Source: Trichodelitschia bisporula (taxonomy: Eukaryota). From it: DNA of 64,000 nucleotides. The notes beneath the pieces were generated by a model that was not told the DNA's origin, did not search any database, and saw nothing but the letters and a program-made list of their open reading frames with translations. Numbering within the stretch: the first letter of the stretch is position 1; every line of letters starts with the position of its first letter. This document shows, piece by piece, positions 24,247 to 36,491 of this stretch. The stretch is taken from positions 877,061-941,060 of the forward strand of contig ML996695.1 of the NCBI GenBank assembly GCA_010356995.1. Reading direction: 5' to 3'. The position numbers and the translations under genes were made by a program.

Positions 24247-24859
24247 GATGGGATGTGGTAGTTTGAGCTGTCGTCCTGAAGGTCTCAGGATCTCCAAATC
24301 CTGGACGTGGTGTTGAGCTTCCAGTAGGATTGACATCACATGACTGGGCCATCGGGCGAGCAGCTGCGGTGTGGTCCGTGCCGAAAGTGCCAGGGTACTT
24401 TTTGTGGATTAGCGCGCTTCCCTGCTTCCCTTGGCCCCGCACCTCGCACACGCTAACCACGGAAGTGCGAGAGGCGACAGGCGGTGAGGGGGCTGGACGA
24501 GTGGCTGGGCGCTGATTTTTTTCTGCCACAAGAAAAGTTTCCCTTCAAGTAGCAGTCGCATTGCTCCCGTTATCTTCTCCTCTTCTTCCTCACGCTCCAA
24601 CTTCTTCCCAACCTCAATCCATCTTCTTCCCTCCCATCTCTTGTTCATTGTCACCTGTGGGCAGTTTCGAATCAAACAGATAAACCTTTAAGTCTATCTA
24701 TCAGTGGTTACTAGAGGGTCAGAGGGCTCAGTTAAGCACACATTCAAGTGGTTCGTCGGCTTTCCATTCTTGGTTTTATCTGCGCTTCATTGCGCCGTCC
24801 GTGATTCTGTGGGCTCGAGGGTTCTGTGGGCTTGTTGACATGCGCATCACTCATCTCGG

Positions 24860-25110
24860 CCGCTTGTGGGAACACATGCCTTGATGGCGCTTACTTTGTG
24901 GTCTTGTGGGCTTTGCCGCTTCATGCGGGCTCGAGATCTGAGGGTTGTCGCCGTTACCAGCGCAGCGCATCTGAATATGGCCCCGGCCGCATCATGATGA
25001 CGCTGCGTTTAGCTCGTCTTTGCAAAAAGACAGACCTTGCCGCGTTTTGCATGAGACTTCGAGTCTCGGAGGGCCTTTGAGCGATGCTTCATCTACTTTA
25101 CGACTGAAGC
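24860..25110 (+). ncRNA. Candidate intronic structured RNA with box C/D motifs (snoRNA-like) in the 5'-UTR intron of NSR1
   Basis: Predicted intron 24751-25141 (GTTCGT...TACTGAC...CAG); CTGA 24971, ATGATGA 24994, CTGA 25104; several hairpins. 5' boundary uncertain. Confidence 0.55.
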
Positions 25111-25154
25111 TGCTCCATGACAGACTACTGACTTATTCCAGAACCAGAATCACC

Positions 25155-26778
25155 ATGGGTAAATCAGTGGACAAGAAGGCGCCGAAGACGGCGAAGCCGG
25201 CCAAGGCTGCCCCCGTCAAGGCTGCTGCCGTTGTCAAGGAAGGTCGCGTCACCAAGCCTGCGCAGGCTCCCAAGGCCAAGGCTAAGGAGACTGCAAAGGC
25301 CGTGGCCACCAAGGTCGAGGGCAAGGGCAAGAAGGACAAGTCGAAGAAGAAGGAGCCCACTCCCGAGCCGGAGTCGGAGAGCGAGGCCAGCAGCTCGAGC
25401 TCTGACAGCTCCGACAGCGAGGAGGAGGCCAAGCCTGTGGTCAAGACCAACGGTGCGGCTAAGGCTGCTGTCAAGACCAACGGCGCGGCTAAGGCGGCCA
25501 AGGTCGTCAAGAAGGCCGAGTCCAGCTCCGATGAGAGCAGTGACGACACCTCTGACAGCGAGGAGGAGGCTAAGCCTGCTGCGAAGGCCGCCGCTAAGGC
25601 CGACTCGGACTCTGACTCATCTGACTCTGATTCCGAGATGGAGGATGTAGCTGCGGCTACCACTACGTCTGAGGAGACTGCTACCGCGGCCTCGGACTCG
25701 AGCGATTCGGATAGCGATTCGGATGCTGAGGAGAAGCCTGCGAAGGCTGCCGCTGCTGAGGTATGTACCATTCTCCCTGATCATGAGAATACCGCTGACC
25801 CATTCAGACCTCTGATTCCGATTCTGACTCTGACTCTTCTTCCGACTCTGACTCTGAGGATGTCGAGGTGAAGCCCGAGCCTGCCTCCAAGAAGCGCAAG
25901 GCCGAGACCGAGGCCGCGCCTGCCGCTAAGAAGAACAAGTCGGCAGAACTGGATGGCCGTGAGAGCAAGAACCTCTTCGTCGGAAACCTGTCGTGGAACG
26001 TCGATGAGGATACTCTGCGTGCCGAGTTCGAGGAGTTTGGCGAGATCATTGGTTGCCGCGTCATGACAGACAAGATGTCCGGCCGTTCCAAGGGGTAAGC
26101 GTGCTCCTCTGTCTATCAACCTTTGCTAATCCATTTAGCTTCGGCTATGTCGAGTTCTCTGAGCTTGATGATGCTGTCAAGGCTATGACCACCAAGTCTG
26201 GTGCTCTGCTCGATGGCCGCAACATCAACGTCGACTACAGTGTCCCGCGCCCCCAGGGTGACTCCAACGGCAATCCCCGTGAGCGCCAGGATGCCCGCGC
26301 TAGCAAGTATGGTGACAAGCCCAGCACCCCGAGTGACACCCTGTTCGTCGGCAACATCTCCTTCGATGCCACTCCCGACATGATCTCTGAGGAGTTCGGC
26401 AAGTACGGCAGCATCACCCGCGTGTCGCTTCCCACCGACCGCGAGACTGGTGCGCCCAAGGGCTTCGGCTACGTTGGCTTCAGCTCCATCGACGAGGCCA
26501 AGGCTGCTCTCGATGCGCTGTCCGGTGCCGAGATCGCTGGCCGCAACATTCGTCTTGACTACGCTGCTCCCCGTGACGACAGCGGCGCCGGTGGTGGCCG
26601 TGGTGGCGGCTTCCGTGGTGGCCGTGGCGGCGGTGACCGTGGTGGCCGTGGTGGCTTCGGTCGCGGTGGTGGTCGTGGTCGCGGTGGTGACCGTGGCCGT
26701 GGTGGTCGTGGGGGCTTCAGCTCCACCAACCGTGGCGGCTTTGGTGACTTCAAGGGCCAGCGCAAGTCTTTCGACTAA
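25155..26778 (+). CDS. NSR1: Nucleolin-like protein (Nsr1/Gar2)
   Basis: Lys/Ala and Ser/Asp-rich N-terminus, two RRMs (LFVGNLSW...SKGFGYVEF; LFVGNISF...KGFGYV), RGG tail ending FKGQRKSFD; introns 25761-25807 and 26095-26138. Confidence 0.96.
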
Positions 26779-27919
26779 ACGTCTTTGAGTTTTGTTCGAT
26801 GGTAGGAGTGTACTGATATGGCGATGATACCTGAGTTGTATAACTTTGCAGTCATGCAGTGTTGGGACGGCTCATGGGTTACGGTATGCGGTGTCTTCTG
26901 CAGGCGTCTGGGATCTGAAAAGTGAGTTTAGTTTAGTGGGATGTGATTATTCGCTCTCAAGGGTTGATGAATCGCGTAATACAATGTCTACATGATAATC
27001 TGGTGTTCCTGATTTGTGCTGCCGAGGTGTGCCTAATGCTTGGGAGCTTCTGTAAGTGATGCCTTTGTCGAATGCGAGGCTGACTGTCGCGACAATCTAC
27101 GGAAAACCGCTCAAGACAACTCATGGAGCTTTGACCTCCCTTTACGTGTACCACACGACCAACGTACCGCATCCACAGACGAGCTCATCACGACCTCAGA
27201 CGTTCTCGGCTCAGAAATCCAGAATCATTAAGCATCTCAGCCGCAATCAGCTGCACCAATGCCATGACACCTGTTAAGCAATTTTTCATCTTTTTCGCTC
27301 CACAATACCATTCCACACCCACTTTTCGCCAATCCCCCTGCCCGCCCAGCCTCTATGACCGCCCTATATAATCGGCGCACATATTGCGGAGAACCCCGTC
27401 GCGATCATCTCTGCGTAGGGCATGCGCGCCGCCAGGTACATCCGCCGACCGCACACTCGCTTCGGCGCGCAGCGTGGGCCGTAGGACGGAGTGACTTTCC
27501 CCATCGGCGCACGCCCAGTCGCATTTCAGCATGCGCACGGGCGGTGCATCCGTTTCCGAGTGGCTCTCGCCGATGCCGCCGTGTTCCTAATTGCTTAAGC
27601 GGGCCCGTATAGCGCGGCGTCCTATATGGTCAATTCATTAGGTCATACTCCGGGCGGCGGTGGGTGCTGGGGGCGGTCCGGGGGTGTAGGTATAGTGATA
27701 TAGGGCTCGCTCGCTCGCGAGTAGGCGGGGTTTTTAGGATGGGGCGGTGGCTGGGCGGGTTGAGTGGAATACTGGAGCTACGGTGAGGCGTCGGTGTAAG
27801 CATATTAACGGTGATGGTGGAGTGCCGTGGAAGGAATGGTGAGGGGGGAGGAGGCTTATAGACGGCTTGGACGCTGTTTGGTGTCTGTGAGTGCGTTTGG
27901 GCTTTTTGGAGTAGGAATC

Positions 27920-29719
27920 ATGCATCTTATCAAACTCTGCGTCGCGGCTGCCGCACTCGTGGCCGCCGTGCCGGCAGGCACGCAGGAAAGGGGCCCGAAT
28001 TCTTGTGTACGTCCCTTCCCTCCGAGCTGTGACAGCTCGATAACAGCTCGGCTAACAAACCCCAGTGCAGCGCCCTCTCTACCATTCTCCCCGGCAAGGT
28101 CATCACGGAAGCAAGCAATGACACGGCCTATACCGCTATGGGGAAGACCTACGCCTCCAGCCGCGCCGGTGACCTCCAGCCCGGCTGCTTCGTCCTCCCT
28201 GAGAATGCGCAGGATGTAGCCGCCGCCGTGGGACTGCTCGGGCAGGATCGCTGGACGCGAGTTGACGAGTGTAAGTTCGCAGTCAGGGCGGGCGGACACA
28301 CCCCCTGGCCTGGGGCAAACAATATCGAGCGCGGCGTCACGATCGATCTTTCGAAGCTGAAGGAGGTGACGCCTAGTCCGGACCGGAGCTGGCTTGCGGT
28401 CGGCGCGGGCAATCGCTGGCTCGAGGTATATTCGAAGATTGAGCCGCTGGGGCTCGCGGTCTCTGGGGGTCGCTGGGGAAATGTGGGCGTGGGTGGGTTA
28501 TTGACGGGTGGTACGTGTGCCCTGTGCTCTCATGGAGTAGTCAGGGACTGACGCACCAGGTGGCCTCTCCTTCTTCCAAGGCCGCGAAGGTCCCGCCTGC
28601 GACGGCGTATTGCGACACGAAGTGATCCTTGCCAACGGCACAATCATCTACGCCGACCGCACACAGCATGCGGATCTTCACCGCGCACTCAAGGGCGGGA
28701 ATAACAACGTCGGCATTGTAACGCGTTTTGACCTGAAGCTCTTCCCGCAAGGCCCCATCTTTGGCGGGCTTCTCATGTCCGCGTTACCAAAGCAGAAGTC
28801 CCTGCAGTGGTTCGAAGATTTTGCGAATTCGTCCCGGACCGATTCCCGCGCTATGGTTATGTATGGCTACTTCAACGCCCTCGGGCAGTGGTTCTCCGGC
28901 GGCCTGGCTACGTATTCGGAGCCTGATCCGAATCCGCCTATTTTCCGCCCGCTCCTGGAAGCGCCTGTCACAGCCGCCGCGCTGCTTGGTGGGTTCAATA
29001 TATCTGCCTTCTTGCCTGCGTGGCTGCTGCCCGCCGGCACGCCCGCCCCCGCCGCTGGTACGCCCATACAGACCGGAAGCAACCCCGCCCTGATGCCCGA
29101 GGGCGGCTTCGCGCTCCCCGCGACCATGAACATTACCAGCTACGCCGCCATCGCGGAAGCCAATGCCCGGAGCACCCCGGCCGGCGCGACAGGCGGGCTG
29201 ATGCGCAGCCTGTTCAGCACCTTCTCTCACGCGAACAGCGCAACGTACCAAGACGCTTTGCTGAAGCTGCACGATGAGTGGCAGCGCAAGTTGCCGTTCC
29301 TCGCGGGCGGGGGGCTGATTTTCCAACCTTTGTGGCGCGGGGCCCGCGACGCGAGTGCGGCGGCGAGTGGAGGGAATGTGCTCGGCTTGGAGTGGGAGGG
29401 GCGGGATATCGTGATTGTGCTGGTGCAGATAGGTTGGGTAGGGCAGGGGAATGACGATGCGGTTAGGGAGTGGAGTAGAGGGTTTATTAAGGCGGCGCAG
29501 GATCTGGCAAAGACGATGGGCGTATACAGCCCGTACGTGTATGCGAATTATGCGGCGGAGTGGCAGGATGTTATTGGCGGGTATGGGGAGGAGGCGAGGG
29601 CGCATTTGGAGAGAGTTAGTAAGTTGTATGATCCGAAAGGCGTGTTCCAGAAGAGGGTGCCCGGTGGGTTCAAGTTGAGGAGGACGGAGGGGGATTGGGC
29701 GCAGTTTGAGGGGAGGTGA
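27920..29719 (+). CDS. Secreted FAD-linked oxidoreductase, BBE-like/AA7-like
   Basis: Signal peptide, FAVRAGGH, VTIDLS, VGVGGLLTGGG, ALKGG.NN.GIVT, Y.NYA, YDP.GVFQ...PGGFKL; introns 28007-28065 and 28511-28559. Confidence 0.92.
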
Positions 29720-30254
29720 TGGGGTGAGTAATTTCATTTGCGTGGTGGGTAAAAGTAGTGTATTTCGGAACGAGGCTGAGAATGCAGCCGATGAGGCGTC
29801 TCATTGTCAAGGCTGAAGGATTCATGTCGAAATAACCGTCATCATGTGTACCGATTCTCCTTTGCTCTCCGGAACCTCTAATCTCGAGAGTTGTTGGCTT
29901 CCCTAACATGATTCCCCTTCAAAGTACTCGGTCCGTAAATGTATCGCTCAATCCGAGTCCCCGAACTCGCGTGCCGGCCCGCCCACACCCCTCTCATCCC
30001 GCGCCAAGCCTCTTCCCCGCGCAAAAATTCCGCCACCCGCTGACCTCATCGGTTGCTTTTCCCGAAAGCTCCACGATCAACGCTCAAGTCGCCAACATTT
30101 CCTTCCTATCTCCCGCCACATCTCCCTCTCATACCCGCACACACATACGCCCACCGCTCTACTCTGTGCCGGCCTCAGATCGCGCGACTTTGGTTTCGTC
30201 CCGTCTCGACACCTACATCTCGTCAACCTGAGTCGCGAGCTCAACATCGCCACA

Positions 30255-30998
30255 ATGCGCCCGCTCCTCCGCGCGCCCGCGCTCGTACGACACATCCGCA
30301 GCGCTCCCCTCCCCGCAGTTCAAGCTCGGCGATGGCGCGCCTCTCAAGCAGCCCCCGCCTCCACCTCCTCCGCCCAGCACCAACGGCAGACCCCACCGCC
30401 GCCATCCTCGCGCCCACAACCCGAGACGCCCTCCGCACCGCAGCCTCCCCCTCCCTCAACCCCCCAAACCTACTACACCCTCTTCCCCCTAACCTTCCCC
30501 CACGGCCCACCACCCGCCGGGCCCTTCACTCCACCGCTCAGCACCCTGAAACGCGAGTATCTCCGCCTACAATCTAGCGCACACCCGGATCTACACCATG
30601 GACAAGCAACCCAAGCCTCTGCAACCGTGTCCTCAGCACTCATAAACACGGCGTACAAGACGCTGGCGCACCCGCTGCACCGCGCGGAATATCTGCTTAG
30701 TTTGCGGGGCGCGGAGCCGCTGGCCGAGGCGGCGAAGATGGGGGATGCGGAGGGGGATGCGGAGTTGTTGATGGAGGTTATGGAGGTGCGGGAGGCGGTG
30801 GAGGGGGCGAGGAGTGAGGATGAGGTGCGGGGACTGATGGGGGAGAATGAGGAGAGGATTAAGGAGTGTGTTCAGGGATTGGAGGAGACGTTTGGGAGGG
30901 ATGATCTTGAGGCTGCGGCGAGGGGGGTGGTTAGATTGAGGTATTGGGTGGGCGTGGAGGATAAGTTGAAGGAGTGGGTTGGGGAGGGGGAAAGGTAG
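30255..30998 (+). CDS. JAC1: Mitochondrial Fe-S cluster co-chaperone HscB/Jac1
   Basis: Arg-rich presequence, J-domain HPD, INTAYKTL..PL.RAEYLL, LLMEVME, RLRYW. Confidence 0.93.
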   Translation: MRPLLRAPALVRHIRSAPLPAVQARRWRASQAAPASTSSAQHQRQTPPPPSSRPQPETPSAPQPPPPSTPQTYYTLFPLTFPHGPPPAGPFTPPLSTLKREYLRLQSSAHPDLHHGQATQASATVSSALINTAYKTLAHPLHRAEYLLSLRGAEPLAEAAKMGDAEGDAELLMEVMEVREAVEGARSEDEVRGLMGENEERIKECVQGLEETFGRDDLEAAARGVVRLRYWVGVEDKLKEWVGEGER

Positions 30999-33116
30999 GG
31001 TTGTTTGGATTACTGTAGGAAGGTGCATGGCGTGGCGCTCGATGATGAGTGCTCTGTATCAGTATCAATAATATCCAGTCCGCGCATGTCTATCCGCGCG
31101 CTTCACTCCGCCATACTGCAGCTTCCGGTCACCTTGCCCATGTGCTCCTTGTATGACGTCCATCCACATCTACATGAGAATGGCATTGCACCCAAGCCTT
31201 ACGCCTTATAATGTGAAGATCATCTCCAAGCTATCTCCACAACACCTTGGCGAAATCGTAAATATCCTGGCAATCGAACGACTGTGGAGCAGTAAGACCG
31301 GGCATGAGCCGCATGATAGCCCATATTTTCCGATCCTTGCAGTTTCACCTCTCCGGGTGCCAGGTGATAGGAGATGCGGGCCAAAACCGAATTCTGGAAC
31401 AGATTGGGCACTGCCGGTCAGCTGCTGAGCCGGCTCCCGTGTTATACCCGGATAACTATGCTCGGAAGATGTCAAGCAGCAAGGTCCAGGAAACAGATAT
31501 TCGCCCGGACTCGAATGGTGTCCGTCGCCAATAAGCAACACTTCACTCAAGCTGCACAGTAAGCAATCACTTTCAAGATATGGAAGAGGGAAGTCTTTGA
31601 GGAATTTATCCCAGTCTACTGGAACGTCGAAGCCTCCGTGTACTCAAGTACGTGCAAAGGGTACAATGAGCGTCGGCCAGTATATCGATTCGCTTCCGGC
31701 TCCAACAGCGAGAACCGCTTGTTCAATACGAAGCATTATGCCGTAGCCCCGTGCCGGCATCGAGCAGGACCAAGCTCCGAGGTGTCGGTGAAGGGTCGTA
31801 CCTTTCCTAGGCCGGCGCTTCAATTAGCCGGCGCACTGATAACCCGCGTGAGGGACTAGTTTAGGTAAAGGCATCGCGGGCTTGGTTGTTGAGCTTGGTA
31901 CCGTATCGCGGTGAGCAAGCGTCAACTATCTCAGCGTTCGGTTGCTAGTGCGACGAGTCATTAGAGTAAGCATGGCACTACGGTATGGGGGCGTGGGGGA
32001 GAAATACGATAGGATCAATAAGCCGCTCAGCAGCGGGCCTAACCGTCGTGCAGCCGCTATCTGTCAATATTCTGCTTGAAAGCAAAGCTTAGGCCTTAGT
32101 ATGTGAAGTATCGAGATATCCGCCGTACTACTCCGGTGTGTTTTCATGGGATTAGGCACATGGGAGGTTCCTATCATTTTGCAGTGCATGCGATCCCCGG
32201 CGTTTCATGCGGTGCACTACATCTACCTGCAGTGTTATCAACGACACTGCTGCACTCACAGCCATCACCGCGACAAAGACTCGATGAAGAACCAAAGATA
32301 TTCTCTCATGAGAATCTCCGACGTGGAATATTTTGAGCCAGCCCCATGACGCCACAGACGCTAGACATGCGACGCTATTCCTGACGATATGGCGCTAGAC
32401 GCACTACGCTGTCTAGAATCGCTAGATTATCGTAGCCTCAAGCCACCAGCTCGCAAAACGTGGGTTCCCGCTTTCGAAGAACATTCGATGTTTGCGAAAC
32501 GGGTCGCCTTCTTCAGTTTCTTCGAGACCAGGCCTGCTTTTGCATGGATGCAGCGGCGTAGTATTCTGCCCAGTTCGTCTCCCTCTTCAGAAATACCATA
32601 CGAGTATGAGGTAACTCCGACTGCAGGCCCCTTCTCCGTACGAGTACTTACGGAGGTATTCCGTAGCCATACGCACTATCAAACAACGGCCTAGACTTCA
32701 CGTCCTCACCCATTCGTGTTAGCCACCCCAAAGTCCCAAGTCCTCAGCCAGCCAGTGAGAGACGAGTAATGAATGAGCTTTCCGAACAACCCCGAGCGCT
32801 CCGGCGAGCCACGAAGCTTCGGGATTCGGGAAGGTGGACCTCGAATCCATTACGATGAAGCTCCCCGCATTTTTTTTTATTCCTTGCCGCCGCATCCCTT
32901 TACCCCATCGTGGCCCCGGATTGCCGCTAGAAATTCACTTGCCGGAGGCCACGCCAGCATTGGGGCTCCAGTCATGGCGGTCGCTCCAAAGAGCCATCGT
33001 CAGGCGACTATGGGGAATAGATAAAACCCATCACCCTCCACCCTGCGCCCGCGACCCCTACTGTGTGTTCCAAAAACCCTTCTCGCCTGATCTGATATCA
33101 TTTCCGCCCCCCACCG

Positions 33117-35770
33117 ATGCCGCAATTCTGGATCCTGGGCCTAACGCACCGCAAGCGTAAGCAGCGCGAGCGTGCCGAAAAGGCGGACCGTGAACGTGCC
33201 GCTACGGAGGCCGGGTCCAAGGCTTCGGACCGAGTGCCTGTTTCCGTGGACATAACCCCCTTCTCGCCTTCCGCGTACTCGGCGTCTGTGTACACGGAGT
33301 CCTCGTCGCAGGCGCCGAGTGGGCGACCCAGCACGCCAGCTTCCAACAGTGGTTATACAAATGGAAACCTCGGCAGTAGACATCATGATAATGGACACCA
33401 CGTCAATGGACACCATGCCAATAGGAATGCGAGCGGACTCCATATCACTACCAACGCGGGTCATACAGTGGTACATCATGCTGTCGGCACCGCAAAAGGT
33501 CCAAACAGCCCCATCAGCTCGGTTAGCATCAGTTCGCAGTCTGTGAACGGCACACCCACATCGCTCTTCACCGACGATATGAGCCCGGAGGCGCTAGCAC
33601 TGAATCCACTGGAGGACGTTACGCACGACGTGGTGGTGGTGGGCGCGGGGCCGTCGGGACTTCTTCTAGCGTGCGTGCGACCATCGCCGACCTTGATGAT
33701 GGCGCGCGAAACAGGTTGGCTGATTGCGCGGGTGATAGGGCAAATCTCGTGCGCTTTGGCGTGCGCGTCGAAGTGGTGGATAACAGGTCGGCGCGGACGA
33801 ATACTGGGCGTGCCGACGGCCTACAGCCGAAGACGATTGAGACTCTCAAGCAGATGAGACTTGCCGACCGCTTGCTACTCAAAGGGGTCAAGGTATTTGA
33901 CATCCACTTCTGGGTGCGTTCGTTCGTGAGAATCTGATAGCGCAGCTAATATGCAACAGCGCTCCGGAAAAACGGGCAAGATTGAGCGCGTTGCCCGCCA
34001 ACCCTACTACTCGCCGGAGCTGGATATGCGCGACCCGTACCTACTGCTCGCACATCAAGGATTTGTAGAGGATTTGTTCCTCAAGGACATGCAGGAACGA
34101 GGGTTGGAGGTCCACCGGAACCTGAGCTTCGTCGACTACACCCACGACTCTGGCGAGTCGCCAATCCACGTGCTGCTCAAGAGCGAAACCCGCCCCGTCC
34201 GCCTGACGACGCGGTACCTGGTCGGCTGCGACGGTGTGCATTCGGGCGTGCGCACGGCCATGGGTGCGCGGCCCGTCGGGTCGTCGTACGATGCCGTATG
34301 GGGCGTGCTTGATGGCTTGCTGGAGACGACGTTTCCGGATTTGTATAGCATGGTCATTATCAACCATGCGGAGAACGGGTCGGCGCTGCTGTTTCCGCGT
34401 GAGAAGGGGATGACGCGCCTGTACGTCGAGTTGAAGCGTGAGCTGCGCAATGGACCGTCGAAGAAGGAGTTTTCGCGCGAAATGGTCATGGCGCGGGCGG
34501 CGGAGATTTTCGAGGTGCGCTAGTCTTTGAGTGGAGACTGAGGTTGAAGCTGATGCATATAGCCGTACTCGATCCGGTGGAAACATGTTGGTACGTACGT
34601 CCTTCTCTTCCGGGAGGCTCGGCTGACGAAACAGAATGGTTCGGGCTCTACCAAGTTGGCCAAAAGATTGCCAGCGCCTTCCAAGACACGAATGCGAAAG
34701 TCTTCATAGCGGGCGACGTAGGTGCCCTCACTCCATATGTCCAACCTCTAACCCGACAGGCCTGCCACTCCCAATCGCCCAAGGCCTCGCAAGGCATGAA
34801 CCACTCCATGCACGACAGCTGGAACCTCGCCTGGAAGCTGAACCTCGCAGTGCGGGGGCTAGCTAAGCCCGCTCTGCTTGCGAGCTACGACCTCGAGCGC
34901 CGCCAAGTCGCCGACCGCCTCATCACCTTTGACTTCGAGCACGCGAGCACCTTCGTCGCAGGCGACATGCAGGCGCTCAGCGCCAACTTCCGCAAGAACA
35001 TCAAGTTCATCTCCGGCTACGGTGCAGAGTACGCACCCAACGCGCTTTGTGTACCGCAGACGCAGGGCGAGGTGCGTGGGCTTCTGCGAGCGGGAGAGTT
35101 GCCGGTTCCCGCCCGGGTACTGCGCGCGTTTGACCGGAACCCGGTGGACTTGCAGCTAGATATTCCCGTACTAGGTAATAAGCCTCCTTCCAGCCGAAAA
35201 GAGGCGGATAGCTAACAGCGCAGGCCAATTCCGCATCTTCGTCTTCGCCCCCTCCCCCATCACCCCACGCCCCTTCCTCCAAGCCCTCAGCTCACACATG
35301 CTCTCCTTCAACAGCCCAATGGGCAAACTCACCTGCGCCGCCAACGCATCCTACACCACACTGCCTCCGCTCGCCGCCCCGTCGGACGAATTCATCCGCC
35401 CGGAGCGGTACACCACGATCAGTGGGCTATTTACCTTTGCACTGGTTATTCCGCCGCAGGGCGAGGAGTTCGATGTCAAGGATTTACCGGCTGCGTGGCG
35501 TGACTCTGCGTTTACGGTTTACTTTGATGACGAGGCGGGTAGTGCGGCGGAGAAGTGGCTGGGTGGCGTGGAGAAGGGGGAGGTTGCGGTTGTGGTGTTG
35601 AGACCGGATGGATATGTGGGTACGGTGGGGAGGTTTGATTCGAGGGGATGTGGGATTATGGAGGGAAAGAAGGCGGGCGAGTGGCTGGATGAGTATTTTG
35701 ATGGCGAGTTGGCTTTTGTGGTTCAAGATAGCTGCTGACGAATGTAGGCTTCTTGACTGCCGGATACTGA
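33117..35770 (+). CDS. FAD-dependent monooxygenase, phenol 2-monooxygenase-like
   Basis: VVGAGPSG, GRADGLQP, YLVGCDG.HS, VFIAGDACH..SPKASQGMN..MHD..NLAWKL, VVLRPDGYVG; introns 33671-33738, 33914-33959, 34515-34562, 34591-34634, 34718-34759, 35175-35223, 35704-35747 (GC-AG). True start could be a later ATG (~33579). Confidence 0.92.
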
Positions 35771-36491
35771 CCGGCGGCGAAGTCTTGATGGCCCCTCACC
35801 GATCGGTGGCACTGGGGCGAGGCACTAATTTAAAGGCAGGATGAAGGCTTGCAGTCGCTCATGAGAGAAAAAGGCATCGAACGTTGTCTTCCTTTCGGGC
35901 TGAGTCAGAGCTTGGTAATCATGAGCTGGTGGCTACACCAGCACCAAGATATCCGGCTCCGGTGGGAGACGCCGAAGCTGCTCAGGTCGGCTTTTGCAGC
36001 TATTTTGTCACCAGGTTTGATGCAATCTGTGACCGAAAGGTTGGAAGTAGGTACGGGTTTTGGTGTTTACCATCTTGGAGTTCGCTCTGCACCGGTGGAC
36101 ATAAATTATCACCTGTCAGTATGTTTGTCAGTAGAGGAAGAGTCGGAGAGTCAAAGATACACAGCAATAGTACACCGATATCGCAACTCAGTCTCTCTTC
36201 ATTCACAGACGGCATTTGATATGGCCCTAAGGAAGGAGCATCCTCATGTCACGAGGTACATATCAGCATCAGAAGGAGCATCTTTATTCTTGAAGAAAGG
36301 GACAGGACGACTATGGCAAGCGCGCAGAAGGATACTTGACACGGCATTTCATACGTCATAGGACGGCTCCCGCCGCTCCCTCCCCATTCTCTTCTCTTTG
36401 TCTTTTGATCAGATTTTACTTTCAATTTGTACTTGTTGCTACGCCCGCTGAGGCTATGCCCCATCATTATTGACAATCTCTAGTAACCCAT

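Noticed and set aside
24640..24745. Hairpin-AGATAA-hairpin arrangement resembling an H/ACA snoRNA
   Set aside because: Hairpins are too short, no properly spaced ACA box, no rRNA target identified.
26964..27012. TTGATGA...CTGA pair downstream of NSR1
   Set aside because: Only ~50 nt, no terminal stem or recognisable rRNA guide.
27485..27580. Minus-strand hairpin followed by GGGGAAAGTC resembling RNase MRP/P CR-I
   Set aside because: No matching CR-V to form helix P4 at a plausible position.
31000..33000. 2-kb intergenic region with local TpA enrichment and repeated GCTAGA (~32360-32430), possible RIP-decayed element
   Set aside because: No terminal repeats, target-site duplication or transposase remnants visible.
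27920..35770. FAD oxidase and monooxygenase as a secondary-metabolite cluster
   Set aside because: No PKS/NRPS/terpene backbone gene or cluster regulator; interleaved with housekeeping genes.
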